DNA of 64,000 nt from Acidimicrobiia bacterium (GTDB taxonomy: Bacteria; Actinomycetota; Acidimicrobiia; IMCC26256; PALSA-610), in contig JBBSEC010000004.1 of the NCBI GenBank assembly GCA_038240075.1, positions 9,674 through 73,673 on the forward strand. The letters run 5' to 3'. The position numbers were made by a program, and so were the translations under genes. The notes below the pieces were generated by a model. The model did not search any database. It was not told the DNA's origin and saw only the letters and a program-made list of their open reading frames with translations. Numbering within the stretch: position 1 is the stretch's first letter; each line of letters opens with the position of its first letter. This document shows, one piece after another, positions 8,240 to 17,536 of the stretch.

Positions 8240-11176
8240 ATGGAAGTGCGGGTGCTGGGCCCGTGCGACGTGATCGACGACGAGGGCCGCACGCTTGCGC
8301 TCGGTGGCGCGAAGCAGCGGTCCGTTCTCGCCATGCTCGCGTTGCAGCCCAATTCGGCGCTCAGCGTCGATGCCATCGCCGAGGGCGTCTGGGGCGAGGA
8401 GATCCCGGACCGGTACGTCCAGAACGTGCAGGTGTACGTGTCGACCCTGCGCAAGCTGATCGAGCCGCACCGGACGCGCGGGATGCCGAGTCGCATCATG
8501 GGCCGCGGCACGGGCTACGAGCTCGTTGCCGGACCGGACGACGTCGACCTGCTGCGGTTCCGCAGGCATGTCGGCGAAGCCGCCGCCGCCGGCGACCAGC
8601 ACCAACCAGCCACGGCGGCGGCCGCGTTTCGCCGCGCGCTCGAGGTGTGGCGGGGCGAACCGTGCGAAGACCTCGTGTTCCAACCGTTCGCGACGAACGC
8701 GACGCGACCATTGCTCGAGGAACGCTGGTCCGCGTTCGAACGGTGCATCGACGCCGAGCTCGCGTCGGGAGCCGGGTCGGGGCTCGTCGCCGAGCTCGAG
8801 CGGGCGATCGACCTCCAGCCCTTGCGCGAACGGCTTTGGGAGCAGTTGGCCGTCGCGCTGTACCGAGCGGGCCGGCAGGCCGATGCGCTCGGGGCCATCC
8901 GCCGTGCGCGCGAGTACCTGGTCGACGAGCTCGGGATCGACGCCGGGCCGGGCCTGCGCCTGCTCGAACAGCAACTGCTGGAACAGGACGCGGCTCTCGA
9001 CGCACCGCGCGGCGCGTCGATGCGCGCCGCGCGCGTCCCGGTGCCGCTCACGTCATTGCTGGGCCGTGAACGCCTGATCGAGTCGATCCACCGCTCACTC
9101 GACGATCGACGGCTCGTCGTGTTGACCGGGCCTGGTGGCGTCGGAAAGACCCACGCGGCGCTGACCGCGGTGCACGCGCGAGCGGCTGGTAGCGGCGCCG
9201 TGAAGTTCGTCGACCTGTCGTTGGAGCGCGACATCGACGAGGTCCTCCCGCTCATCGCGAAGGCGGCGGGCCTCGGCGCCGAGGCGTCAGTTGCCGAAGT
9301 GTCGGGTCGCCTCGAACAGGACGACTCCATGCTGCTGATCGACAATTTCGAGCAGGTTGTCGAGGCGGCGCCGCTGCTCGGAGCGATCCTCGAAGGTGCG
9401 CGCACGACCCGCGCGTTGGTGACGAGTCGCGTCCAGCTCGGCATTCCGGGCGAGCGCGTCATCGAGGTCGAACCGCTGCCAGTGAGCGAACGCGCCGACG
9501 AGATGTCGATCGCCGCGCGCCTGTTCGTCGAGCGCGCCTCCGAAGCCGACCCGCTCTTCGTCGTCGACGGCCTCACGGCCGAGATCGAGACGATCTGTCG
9601 AGCCGTCGACGGCATGCCGCTCGCGATCGAGCTCGCCGCGTCGAGGACCCGCGTGGTCGGGCTCCGCGAGCTCGCGCGACGCATCGACAGCGCCGTTCAT
9701 GGTGCCTCACGACGAACGGGCTCCGATCGGCATCGTTCGATGCAGGCGGCGATCGAGTGGAGCATCGACCTCCTCGAATCCGGCGAACGCGCGCTGTTCG
9801 CGGCGCTCGGCGTGTGCGAGGGCGCCGTTGATCTCGCGACGGTCGTCGCGATCGGCGGCGGTGCGGGTCTCGACGGGTTCGCGGCCGAAGCCGGGCTCGA
9901 CGCACTCGTGCGCGCGAGCTTGCTCCGCAGCATCGAGACGCCGAGCGGCCGTCGGTTCGCGTTCCTGACCCCGATCCGCGGGGTCGCTCGGGATCGGCTG
10001 CGACTCGGCGACGAGCACCCGATCCGGGATCGTCACGCCGAGTGGTTCGTGGAGCGGGCCGAGAACATGGCGCGCGACGAGGGCCACTTCGATCCGTCGA
10101 CGCTCGCAACGTGTGTCGCCGACCTGCGCGATACGGCCGCCGCGATTGGTTGGCTCGCCGGCCACGGAGCCGCCGACCGCGCCGTGGCGACGCTGACCGC
10201 GATGTACACGCTCACGGTCGTCGAGGCCGGAGAGTTCTCGATCATGCGCACCCTCGCCGACGAGCTGCGCGACGGCGAGATCGACCCGGCGTCGTCGGCC
10301 CGGCTCGCCGTAGTGGCCGGAGGGATGGCGTACATGGCGAGCGATTTCACCACCGCCGCCGCCCAACTGGCGCTGACCGATGGGCTCGCCGCCGACGATC
10401 ACCCTTTTCGTGCCCGGGGAGCGATGTGGCTCGCGGTCCTGTGCGCCGACCAAGGCGACCGCGGCGCCGCCCTCGAGCACGCAGCCGAGGCGCTCGCGCA
10501 CGCGCGGGCGTCGGGACGTACACGCCTGATCGGCTTGGCGATGAGCGCGGCCTCGTACACCGCCCTCACATTGGGCGATGCTCCGCTCGCGCTGCAGCGC
10601 GCGCAGGAGCGACTCGCGTTCGAGACGGAGGGCGGCCTCGGTCACGTCAACGCGATGATCGAAGTGAGCCTCGCGCTCGTCGAGCTCGACCGCATCGACG
10701 AAGCCTTGCCCGTTGCGACGGCCGCAGTCGTCGCCGCCCGCCGTCTCGGCATACCGCAACCCCGGGGTGACGCCTTCCGGTGTCTGGCGTGGTGCGCGCT
10801 CGCCGCTGGCGACGCACCCGCTGCCGCGGGATATCTCCTGGAACAGCTGGCCGTCTTCGGGCGAGCCGACGGCATGATCGACCGCGTCCTGGAAGTGGTG
10901 CTGGGCGCCGCGCTCGTGCTCCTGATCCAGGGCGACGTCGGCGGCGCGCGGATCCTCTGGGAACGCGGTCAGGCCCTGCATACGACGCTCGATGTCGTCG
11001 TCGGGACCTGGCCGCCACCGACCCGCGAGCTGATCACGACCAGCGGTTTCGACGCGATCGACGCGTCCGACGCCGGCGGCGACCTCTCCCGCGCCGTCGC
11101 GGATGCGGCCGCGACGCTGCGTGCGGTCGTCGCGGCCGACGCGGCTCCCGATGACGTGCGTGACGGCGACAGCTGA
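8240..11176 (+). CDS. Large SARP/AfsR-family transcriptional regulator (wHTH-BTAD + NB-ARC ATPase + TPR-like)
   Basis: ORF 978 aa. N-terminal SARP DNA-binding and BTAD region (MEVRVLGPCDV..., LLRFRRH..., LRERLWEQLAVALYRAGRQADAL). Walker A VVLTGPGGVGKTHAAL. C-terminus is Ala/Leu-rich and repeat-like. Confidence 0.85.
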   Translation: MEVRVLGPCDVIDDEGRTLALGGAKQRSVLAMLALQPNSALSVDAIAEGVWGEEIPDRYVQNVQVYVSTLRKLIEPHRTRGMPSRIMGRGTGYELVAGPDDVDLLRFRRHVGEAAAAGDQHQPATAAAAFRRALEVWRGEPCEDLVFQPFATNATRPLLEERWSAFERCIDAELASGAGSGLVAELERAIDLQPLRERLWEQLAVALYRAGRQADALGAIRRAREYLVDELGIDAGPGLRLLEQQLLEQDAALDAPRGASMRAARVPVPLTSLLGRERLIESIHRSLDDRRLVVLTGPGGVGKTHAALTAVHARAAGSGAVKFVDLSLERDIDEVLPLIAKAAGLGAEASVAEVSGRLEQDDSMLLIDNFEQVVEAAPLLGAILEGARTTRALVTSRVQLGIPGERVIEVEPLPVSERADEMSIAARLFVERASEADPLFVVDGLTAEIETICRAVDGMPLAIELAASRTRVVGLRELARRIDSAVHGASRRTGSDRHRSMQAAIEWSIDLLESGERALFAALGVCEGAVDLATVVAIGGGAGLDGFAAEAGLDALVRASLLRSIETPSGRRFAFLTPIRGVARDRLRLGDEHPIRDRHAEWFVERAENMARDEGHFDPSTLATCVADLRDTAAAIGWLAGHGAADRAVATLTAMYTLTVVEAGEFSIMRTLADELRDGEIDPASSARLAVVAGGMAYMASDFTTAAAQLALTDGLAADDHPFRARGAMWLAVLCADQGDRGAALEHAAEALAHARASGRTRLIGLAMSAASYTALTLGDAPLALQRAQERLAFETEGGLGHVNAMIEVSLALVELDRIDEALPVATAAVVAARRLGIPQPRGDAFRCLAWCALAAGDAPAAAGYLLEQLAVFGRADGMIDRVLEVVLGAALVLLIQGDVGGARILWERGQALHTTLDVVVGTWPPPTRELITTSGFDAIDASDAGGDLSRAVADAAATLRAVVAADAAPDDVRDGDS

Positions 11177-11185
11177 CCAGGCGGT

Positions 11186-12184
11186 TCAGGGCGCGAGGAC
11201 GCCGGCCACGCGAGCGCGGAGATGGTCGTTCGCGGCGAGCCAGCGAATGGAGTCGGCGAGGGTCTCGTCGACGGGCCGCCACCGCAGATCGAGCGCGCGC
11301 AATGTCGCGTCGCTGTCGTACGGGCACGCGCGGGTCGCCATCACCATCGACTCGTACGTGAGCGGATAGTCGAACGGCAGCACCCGCTTCACCAGATCAC
11401 CGGCCCGGCCCGCGAGCCGCAGCGCCGCTCCGGGAGTGGGCAACGCCCGCCGGTGCACGCCGGTGACGCGAGCGATGGCGCCGTGCAGCTTGGCGTACGG
11501 CATGAACGTGCCGCCGAGCATCCAGCGCGCCGGCGGCGCGTCGAGCGCGCGTTCGATCGCGAGCGCAACATCGCGCACGTCGACGATCGAACAACCCGAG
11601 CTTGTCTTCGGTGGCGTACGGACCCACCCGATGAGTCCGAGGTAGGTGCTGCCCAGGTCGGGAGCGTCCGGGCCGAGCACACCCGACGGGTACACCACGG
11701 CGACCGGTGCGCGCTGTTCCTGCAGCCCCCGCACGAACCGTTCGGCCGCGACCTTCGATCGCGTGTAACCACCGCGCGCCTCTGCGAGCGGCGAATCGAT
11801 CGTGATCATCGAGTGTCCGGTCCCGAAGACCGACACACTCGATACGTGCACGGCCGTGATCCCACGCTCGGCGGCGCCGCCGACGACGAGGCGGGTCCCG
11901 CCGACGTTCACGGCCTCGGCGCGGGCCGCATCCCGTTCCGCGAGCGAGACGAGCGCGGCGCCGTGCACGACCGCGGTGCAGCCGTCGAGCGCGCGCTCGA
12001 CGCTCGCGCGATCGGTGACGTCACCGACGACGACATCGATCGACGTCGCGTCGATCAGTGCCGGCACCCGCGCCAGCTTTGCCGGATCGCGCACGAGAAG
12101 CCGCACGGCGCGTCCCGACTCGGCAAGACGCGCCGCGACATGCGATCCGACGAAACCCGTTCCTCCGGTCACCAGCACCGTCAT
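11186..12184 (-). CDS. NAD-dependent epimerase/dehydratase (extended SDR)
   Basis: ORF 332 aa; MTVLVTGGTGFVGSHVAARL Rossmann motif. Confidence 0.8.
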   Translation of the reverse strand: MTVLVTGGTGFVGSHVAARLAESGRAVRLLVRDPAKLARVPALIDATSIDVVVGDVTDRASVERALDGCTAVVHGAALVSLAERDAARAEAVNVGGTRLVVGGAAERGITAVHVSSVSVFGTGHSMITIDSPLAEARGGYTRSKVAAERFVRGLQEQRAPVAVVYPSGVLGPDAPDLGSTYLGLIGWVRTPPKTSSGCSIVDVRDVALAIERALDAPPARWMLGGTFMPYAKLHGAIARVTGVHRRALPTPGAALRLAGRAGDLVKRVLPFDYPLTYESMVMATRACPYDSDATLRALDLRWRPVDETLADSIRWLAANDHLRARVAGVLAP

Positions 12185-12238
12185 ACCGTGCGCTCCCCGA
12201 TATCGTGCGTGAGTCTGACCGAACGGCGACGCTGATGC

Positions 12239-12916
12239 TCACGCCGGCGCGCGCAGCACCAGCACGTCGAAGACCGCTCGCGTCTCGAACCCGAGCGCGT
12301 CGTACACACGGATCGCGGGCGCGTTGGTGGCGACGACGTGCAGGATCGGGGTGTCGCCACGCCCCTCGATGACGCCGGCGACAGCCCGCACGAGGCGCTT
12401 CGCGAGCCCTTGCCGGCGGGCGCGGGTGTCGGTGCACACGGCGCTGATCTCGGAGAATCGCGGTCCCCGCATCCGCTCGCCCGCCATCGCGACGAGACCC
12501 TCGTGATCGCGGCGGCCGACGTACGAGCCGAGCTCGCGCGTGCGCTCGAAGAACGGCCCGGGCTCCGTCCGTCCGACCAGCGCCAGCATCTCGGGCACAT
12601 CCTCGGATCCGAGATCGACGAGCGCGTCGTCGGGCTCACCGATCGGCTCACTCGCGACCATCTGGACGGCCGAGACACGGACGAGCACCTCCCAATCGGC
12701 CGGCGCCTGCGCCTCGACGGTCCTGAAGATGAGGGCCGTTCCCGCGGGGCCGACCAAGTTCGCGAGCGCGCCCCATGCCTCGGCGTCAGGCTCGTCGGGG
12801 AGCGCCGCGAACGGCGCGACATCGTGCTGGTAGCGCCGGGCCTGCCCCTCACCCTCGGCGAACAGGGCGTGCTGAGTCGTGAGCGCGTGCCACGCGGGGT
12901 TGTCGAGCGGCTCCAT
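12239..12916 (-). CDS. GNAT family N-acetyltransferase
   Basis: ORF 12239..13009 trimmed to the ATG at MEPLDNPAWHAL. Acetyl-CoA motif RRQGLAKRLVRAV. C-terminal NAPAIRVYDALGF. Confidence 0.7.
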   Translation of the reverse strand: MEPLDNPAWHALTTQHALFAEGEGQARRYQHDVAPFAALPDEPDAEAWGALANLVGPAGTALIFRTVEAQAPADWEVLVRVSAVQMVASEPIGEPDDALVDLGSEDVPEMLALVGRTEPGPFFERTRELGSYVGRRDHEGLVAMAGERMRGPRFSEISAVCTDTRARRQGLAKRLVRAVAGVIEGRGDTPILHVVATNAPAIRVYDALGFETRAVFDVLVLRAPA

Positions 12917-12938
12917 TGTCCGCGATCGTGACACGCAT

Positions 12939-13982
12939 ATGACGAACCGAGTGGTGCAATGGACAACCGGCAACGTGGGTCGGCGCTCGGTGCGCGCCGT
13001 CGTCGACAATCCCGACCTCGAGCTGATCGGCTGCTACGCGTGGTCGGCCGACAAGGTCGGCCGGGACGTCGGTGAGCTCTGCGGCATCGATCCCGTCGGC
13101 GTGGTCGCGACCGACGACGTCGACGCACTGCTCGCGCTGCGTCCCGATTGCGTCATCTACAACCCGATGTGGCAGGACGTCGACGAGCTCGTCCGCCTCC
13201 TCGAAGCCGGGGTCAACGTGGTCAGCACCGCCGCGTTCATCAACGGCCGGGGGCTCGGTACCGACCGCGACCGCCTCGTCGACGCCTGCCAACGCGGCGG
13301 TTCGTCGATGTTCGGCTCCGGTATCAACCCGGGCTTCGCGGAGCTGCTGAGCATCGTCACCGCGAGCATCTGCGACCGGGTCGACAAGATCACGATCACC
13401 GAATCGGCCGACAGCACCCTGTACGACTCGCCCACAACCGAGCTGCCCGCGGGTTTCGCCCGCCCCATCGACGACCCCGACCTCCCGGCGATGACCGCGA
13501 AGGGCACCGCGGTGTTCGGCGAGGCCGTCGCGATGGTGGCCGACGCGCTCGGCGTCGAGCTCGACGAGATCCTGTGCGAGGCGGAGTACGCGCAGACCAC
13601 CGAAGACCTCGTGCTCGAGTCCTGGACCATCCCTGCCGGCTGCGTCGCCGGCATCGCCGCGAACTGGCACGGCCGCGTGGGCGGCCGCACCATCGTCGAG
13701 CTGCAGGTCCGGTGGAAGAAGGGCAACACCCTCGATCCCGACTGGCCCATCGAGGAGGGCTACGTCATTCAGGTCGACGGCCGGCCCACCGTGCGGACGA
13801 AGCTCGAGTTCCTGCCCCCGCCCGACTTCGAGGCCACGACGTTCGCCGACTTCATGGTGCTCGGCATGATCATGACCGCCATGCCGGCCATCAACGCGAT
13901 CCCGCGCGTGGTGGCCGCCGCGCCCGGCATCGTCACGTACACGGACCTCCCCTTGCCGTTGCCCCGAGGCCTCGTGCGCTGA
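12939..13982 (+). CDS. NAD(P)-binding oxidoreductase, DapB-N-terminal-like / amine dehydrogenase-like family
   Basis: ORF 12879..13982 trimmed to the ATG at MTNRVVQWTTGNVGRRSVRAVVDNPDLELIG, the characteristic N-terminus of this actinobacterial family. Confidence 0.7.
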   Translation: MTNRVVQWTTGNVGRRSVRAVVDNPDLELIGCYAWSADKVGRDVGELCGIDPVGVVATDDVDALLALRPDCVIYNPMWQDVDELVRLLEAGVNVVSTAAFINGRGLGTDRDRLVDACQRGGSSMFGSGINPGFAELLSIVTASICDRVDKITITESADSTLYDSPTTELPAGFARPIDDPDLPAMTAKGTAVFGEAVAMVADALGVELDEILCEAEYAQTTEDLVLESWTIPAGCVAGIAANWHGRVGGRTIVELQVRWKKGNTLDPDWPIEEGYVIQVDGRPTVRTKLEFLPPPDFEATTFADFMVLGMIMTAMPAINAIPRVVAAAPGIVTYTDLPLPLPRGLVR

Positions 13983-14004
13983 CGCCGCACCTCCGGAAAC
14001 CGCG

Positions 14005-14052
14005 CCTTGGTACTGCGCCCATGTCGTATGCGTAGAAAGTGCAGTACCAAGG
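14005..14052. repeat. 12-bp perfect inverted repeat with 24-nt loop in convergent intergenic region
   Basis: CCTTGGTACTGC (14005-14016) and GCAGTACCAAGG (14041-14052), in a locally A/T-richer stretch between two gene ends. Confidence 0.5.
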
Positions 14053-14099
14053 AGGTCGGGGCACGCGGCGAACCGTGCGGAACGCCCCTGCCCATCGCG

Positions 14100-15275
14100 T
14101 CAGCGTCGGTCGAAGCCGAGGCGGAACGAGCGCACGGCTCCGACGAAGATGTTCGGCTCGATGTCGGGTTCCGCGACAACTCGCAGGTTCGTGATGCGCC
14201 GGGTCAAGTGCGTGAACAGCATCCGCAGCTCGAGCCGTGCGAGCGAAGCCCCCAGGCAGAAGTGCGGCCCGAACCCGAACGCGATGTGCGGATTCGGTTG
14301 ACGGGTGATGTCGAAGGTGTAGGGATCCTCGAACAGCAGCTCGTCGCGGTTGGCCGACGGGTACAGCAGGATCACTCGATCACCTTCGCGAACCGGGGTG
14401 CCGGCGATCTGCGCGTCGCGCGTCGCGGTTCGGAACATGTTGTTGAGCGGTGTCACCCAACGGATGATCTCTTCGACCGCAGCCGGGATCGCCTCGGCGT
14501 CGGCCGCCATCGCTTCCCATGCTGCGGGATGACGCGCCAACTCGTACAGCCCGCGCGCGATGACGGTGCGGGTGGTCTCGGCGCCTCCCGAGATGAAGAG
14601 TCCCGTCTCCTGTACGAGCACCGACATGTCGACCGGGCAACCTCCGAGCTCGGCATTCGCCCAGATCGAAACGAGGTCGTCGCGCGGCGTTTGCCGCCGG
14701 TTCTCGACCAGCGGTGCGAGGTCCGTCGCGAACTCCTGGATCGCGGTCATCATGCCCATCAGCACGGTCGGATCGTCTTCCAGCTGGTCGATGCGCATGA
14801 GCCGTTCCGACCACGAACGGACGGACGCGGCGCGGTCCTCGCCGAAGCCGAGAAGGTGTGCGGTCAGGCGAGCCGGGAACGGTGCCGCGAGGTCGTCGAC
14901 GACCTCGAAGTCACGACCGTCGACGAATGCGTCGACGAGGTCGTTGACGGTGGCATCGATGGCGCGCTCGAGACGCTGGACCGCCTTCGGAGTGAACCGC
15001 CGCGATACGAGCGCACGCTGCTCGTGGTGCGCAGGATCGTCCTTCGCGATCATGTCTTCTTCCATTGGCGCGACGCGCGACCGGTAACAGCCGCTGCTCG
15101 AGAAGATGTCGGCGCTCCGTTCGACGTCGACCAGCGCGGCGTGCTGCACCACTGCCCACATCTCGTTCTTCTCGTCGCGCCAGGCCGGGCCTTCGGCGCG
15201 CATCGCGCGGAACGCGTCGTGCATGCCGTCGATGTCGGCGTAGAACTTGGGGTCGAGCAGATCAGGCGTCGTCAC
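14100..15275 (-). CDS. Cytochrome P450
   Basis: ORF 14100..15638 trimmed to the GTG at VTTPDLLDPKFY. I-helix SGGAETT, ExxR (EEIIRW), heme loop FGFGPHFCLGASLA. 391 aa. Confidence 0.9.
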   Translation of the reverse strand: MTTPDLLDPKFYADIDGMHDAFRAMRAEGPAWRDEKNEMWAVVQHAALVDVERSADIFSSSGCYRSRVAPMEEDMIAKDDPAHHEQRALVSRRFTPKAVQRLERAIDATVNDLVDAFVDGRDFEVVDDLAAPFPARLTAHLLGFGEDRAASVRSWSERLMRIDQLEDDPTVLMGMMTAIQEFATDLAPLVENRRQTPRDDLVSIWANAELGGCPVDMSVLVQETGLFISGGAETTRTVIARGLYELARHPAAWEAMAADAEAIPAAVEEIIRWVTPLNNMFRTATRDAQIAGTPVREGDRVILLYPSANRDELLFEDPYTFDITRQPNPHIAFGFGPHFCLGASLARLELRMLFTHLTRRITNLRVVAEPDIEPNIFVGAVRSFRLGFDRR

Positions 15276-15441
15276 GGCCGAGAGTCTGCACCACTGGCTC
15301 GCTGCGCCAGTCGTCGAGATCGCCGCCCCGCCGGCTATCGACCCGAGAACCTCGGCCGACAGATCAGCGACAAGGATGGGCATCCTGGTCGGAGACAGCT
15401 GACCGGGCGCGATCGCTTCCTTCAGCGCGATCATCGCGGAC

Positions 15442-16152
15442 ATGGTCGACAGCGCACAGAAGGTCGCGATCATCACCGGAAGTTCGCGGGGCATCGGCGC
15501 CGGGCTGACCGCGGCGTACCGTCTACGAGGCTGGGGCGTCGTCGGGAGCTCGCTCACGGGCAAGCCTTCGGACGACCCGGGCGTGCTCGTCGTCGGCGGC
15601 GACATCTCCGAGCCCGCTACCGCCGAACGGATCGTCACCGAGGCGCGGGAGCGATTCGGCGTATCGACACGCTGATCAACAACGCCGGCGTATTCATTTC
15701 GAAGCCGTTCAGAATACGCCGCGGCCGACTACGCGTCGGTGGTCGGAGTGAACGTCACCGGCTTCTTCGCGCTGACGCAACGCGCGATCGCCGAGATGCT
15801 GGAGCGCGACGGCGGACACGTTGTGAACATCACGACCACGCTCGTCGATTACGCCGATTCGAATGTACCGGCCGCGCTGACGGCACTCACGAAGGGCGGC
15901 CTGGCCGCGGTCACGAAGTCGCTCGCGATCGAGTACGCGACGCGCGGCATTCGGGTCAACGCCGTTTCACCGGGCGTCATCCAGACGTCGACGCGCGACC
16001 CCGAGGCCTACGACGCGCTCGGCGCGCAGCAGCCCATCGGTCGCGTGGGCCAGGTGCGCGACATCGTGGAAGGCGTCCTGTTCCTCGAGTCGTCACCGTT
16101 CATCACCGGCGAGATCATCCACATCGATGGCGGCGGGATCGCGGGCCACTAG
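15442..16152 (+). pseudogene. Short-chain dehydrogenase/reductase interrupted by two compensating frameshifts
   Basis: The N-terminal piece (15442..15675; TGSSRGIGAG) and the C-terminal piece (15739..16152; VNAVSPGVIQT) are in the same frame. The NNAG segment RIDTLINNAGVFISKPF (~15659-15709) is only readable in another frame, and TGA at 15673-15675 stops the main frame. Confidence 0.75.
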
Positions 16153-16907
16153 CTGCGTCCTCGCGCCGCCCAGGCACGAGCAGTCACCGCGAACGGTGCC
16201 GCTGGCAACATCTCGCGGCAGCGCTCGCTGAGCTCGCCTTGCCGGATCCCGTCGAGTCCCGCGACGTGTACACCCGCCGGGCCGACCCCAAGCGTGAACG
16301 GCTCCCACCAGTCCTCGAACGTCGGGTGCTCGACGGTGATCCGGAGCGCGCGCTCCTCGATCGCTTCGAGTCCGGCTTCTCCGAAGAGCTGGGCGAGGTG
16401 ACCTTCGCGCGCCCCGGCCAGCCGAGACTCGTCGTCGACGTCGGGATCGAGCGTGCGTGCCGCCTCCCAGAAGACGCTGAGCGGTCCCTCACCGCCGTGG
16501 TGATCCCAGACGCATGCGGCCACGATGCCGCCATCACGGGTCACGCGTGCCATCTCGCGCAAACCCACCACCGGCTCGCGCATGAAGTGGACGACGAGCT
16601 GCGCCAACGCGGCATCGAAGGCCTGATCATCGAACGGGAGGCGCTCCGCGCTCGCTTTGCGCACGTCGACCGTGGGATACCGCGCGTGCGCCGCCGCGAC
16701 GAAGCTGTCGGAAGGATCGACCGCGGCGATGGACGCGGGGCCCAGGCGCCTGACGAGCTCGGCAGTCAACGAACCCGGGCCGCATCCGACATCGAGCACG
16801 CGCGTCGCGTCGGCGGCCTCGGCGAAGTCCACGAACACAGGAGCGAGCGGCCCGGAATACCGGCCCATGAACCGGTCGTACGCATCGGCTGCGACCGCAA
16901 AGCTCAT
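16149..16907 (-). CDS. Class I SAM-dependent methyltransferase
   Basis: ORF 16149..17117 trimmed to the ATG at MSFAVAADAYDRFMGRY. SAM motif I VLDVGCGPGSL. Confidence 0.8.
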   Translation of the reverse strand: MSFAVAADAYDRFMGRYSGPLAPVFVDFAEAADATRVLDVGCGPGSLTAELVRRLGPASIAAVDPSDSFVAAAHARYPTVDVRKASAERLPFDDQAFDAALAQLVVHFMREPVVGLREMARVTRDGGIVAACVWDHHGGEGPLSVFWEAARTLDPDVDDESRLAGAREGHLAQLFGEAGLEAIEERALRITVEHPTFEDWWEPFTLGVGPAGVHVAGLDGIRQGELSERCREMLPAAPFAVTARAWAARGRS

Positions 16908-16921
16908 GGTGGGGAAATTAG

Positions 16922-16967
16922 TGGAGTTGACGGGACTTGAACGCACGACTTGTCCGCCGCGAACGTC
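16922..16967 (-). repeat. Degenerate copy of tRNA-Ala 3' segment (candidate ancient att site)
   Basis: Hand alignment to 39546-39591 gives 39/46 identities in the same orientation. No matching tRNA 5' half is adjacent. It lies in the 133-nt gap between the methyltransferase and CMD genes. Confidence 0.5.
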
Positions 16968-17040
16968 GTACGGCAGTGGCACAAGCCCGCGCATCAGACG
17001 GCACCATCGAATACGGTCGACGAGACGAAAGGGAGGTGCC

Positions 17041-17436
17041 ATGGCTGAGAGTGACGCCCACGCGACCGGGCGCGAGACGCGACGGGAGTTGATGGGAGAC
17101 GCGATGGTCGATCGCATGGCTCAGGACGCCTATGACGACCCGATCATGTCCGACTTCGTTGACTACGCGACCGAGGCGCTGTGGGGTCTGCTGTGGTCGC
17201 GCCCCGGCCTCGACAAGAAAACGCGCACGCTCATCAGCGTCGTGTCCACCGCGACGAACGCGCGGTGGGCGGAGCTCGCGATGTACCTGCCAATGGCGCG
17301 GCGGCAGGGTTGGACCGAGGCCGAGCTCAGCGAGGTGCTCCTTCACCTCGCCGGGTATATCGGAATGCCCGCGACGCGCGAGGCGATGCTGACCGCGAAG
17401 GAGGTGTTCGCGGAGATGCGCAGCGAGGGCGCGTAG
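17041..17436 (+). CDS. Carboxymuconolactone decarboxylase (AhpD-like) family protein
   Basis: Tail of ORF 16657..17436 from an ATG preceded by GAAAGGGAGG. MAESDAHATGRETRRELMGD... with the CMD-type core LDKKTRTLISVV...LHLAGYIGMP. Confidence 0.8.
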   Translation: MAESDAHATGRETRRELMGDAMVDRMAQDAYDDPIMSDFVDYATEALWGLLWSRPGLDKKTRTLISVVSTATNARWAELAMYLPMARRQGWTEAELSEVLLHLAGYIGMPATREAMLTAKEVFAEMRSEGA

Positions 17437-17536
17437 TGCGGGCGTTGCGGACTAGCTGCACTACCAGCGAACGGCTGGCCACGCGACTGCTCGCCGCCCA
17501 AGACTGGTGGACGCAGGAGCGAGCCCGCGCCGCGAC

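Noticed and set aside
14007-16940. 977-aa plus-strand ORF
   Set aside because: It is antisense to the P450 and methyltransferase genes and out of frame with the SDR. Its composition is extremely Arg-rich. Only a short stretch (RIDTLINNAGVFISKPF) is meaningful, and that belongs to the frameshifted SDR.
16915-17005. Possible complete tRNA gene at the 16.9 kb tRNA-like sequence
   Set aside because: The reverse complement lacks a complementary acceptor 5' strand. The T-stem (GTGCG/CCCGT) and anticodon stem do not pair. I interpret it as a decayed tRNA-Ala 3' fragment, not a gene.
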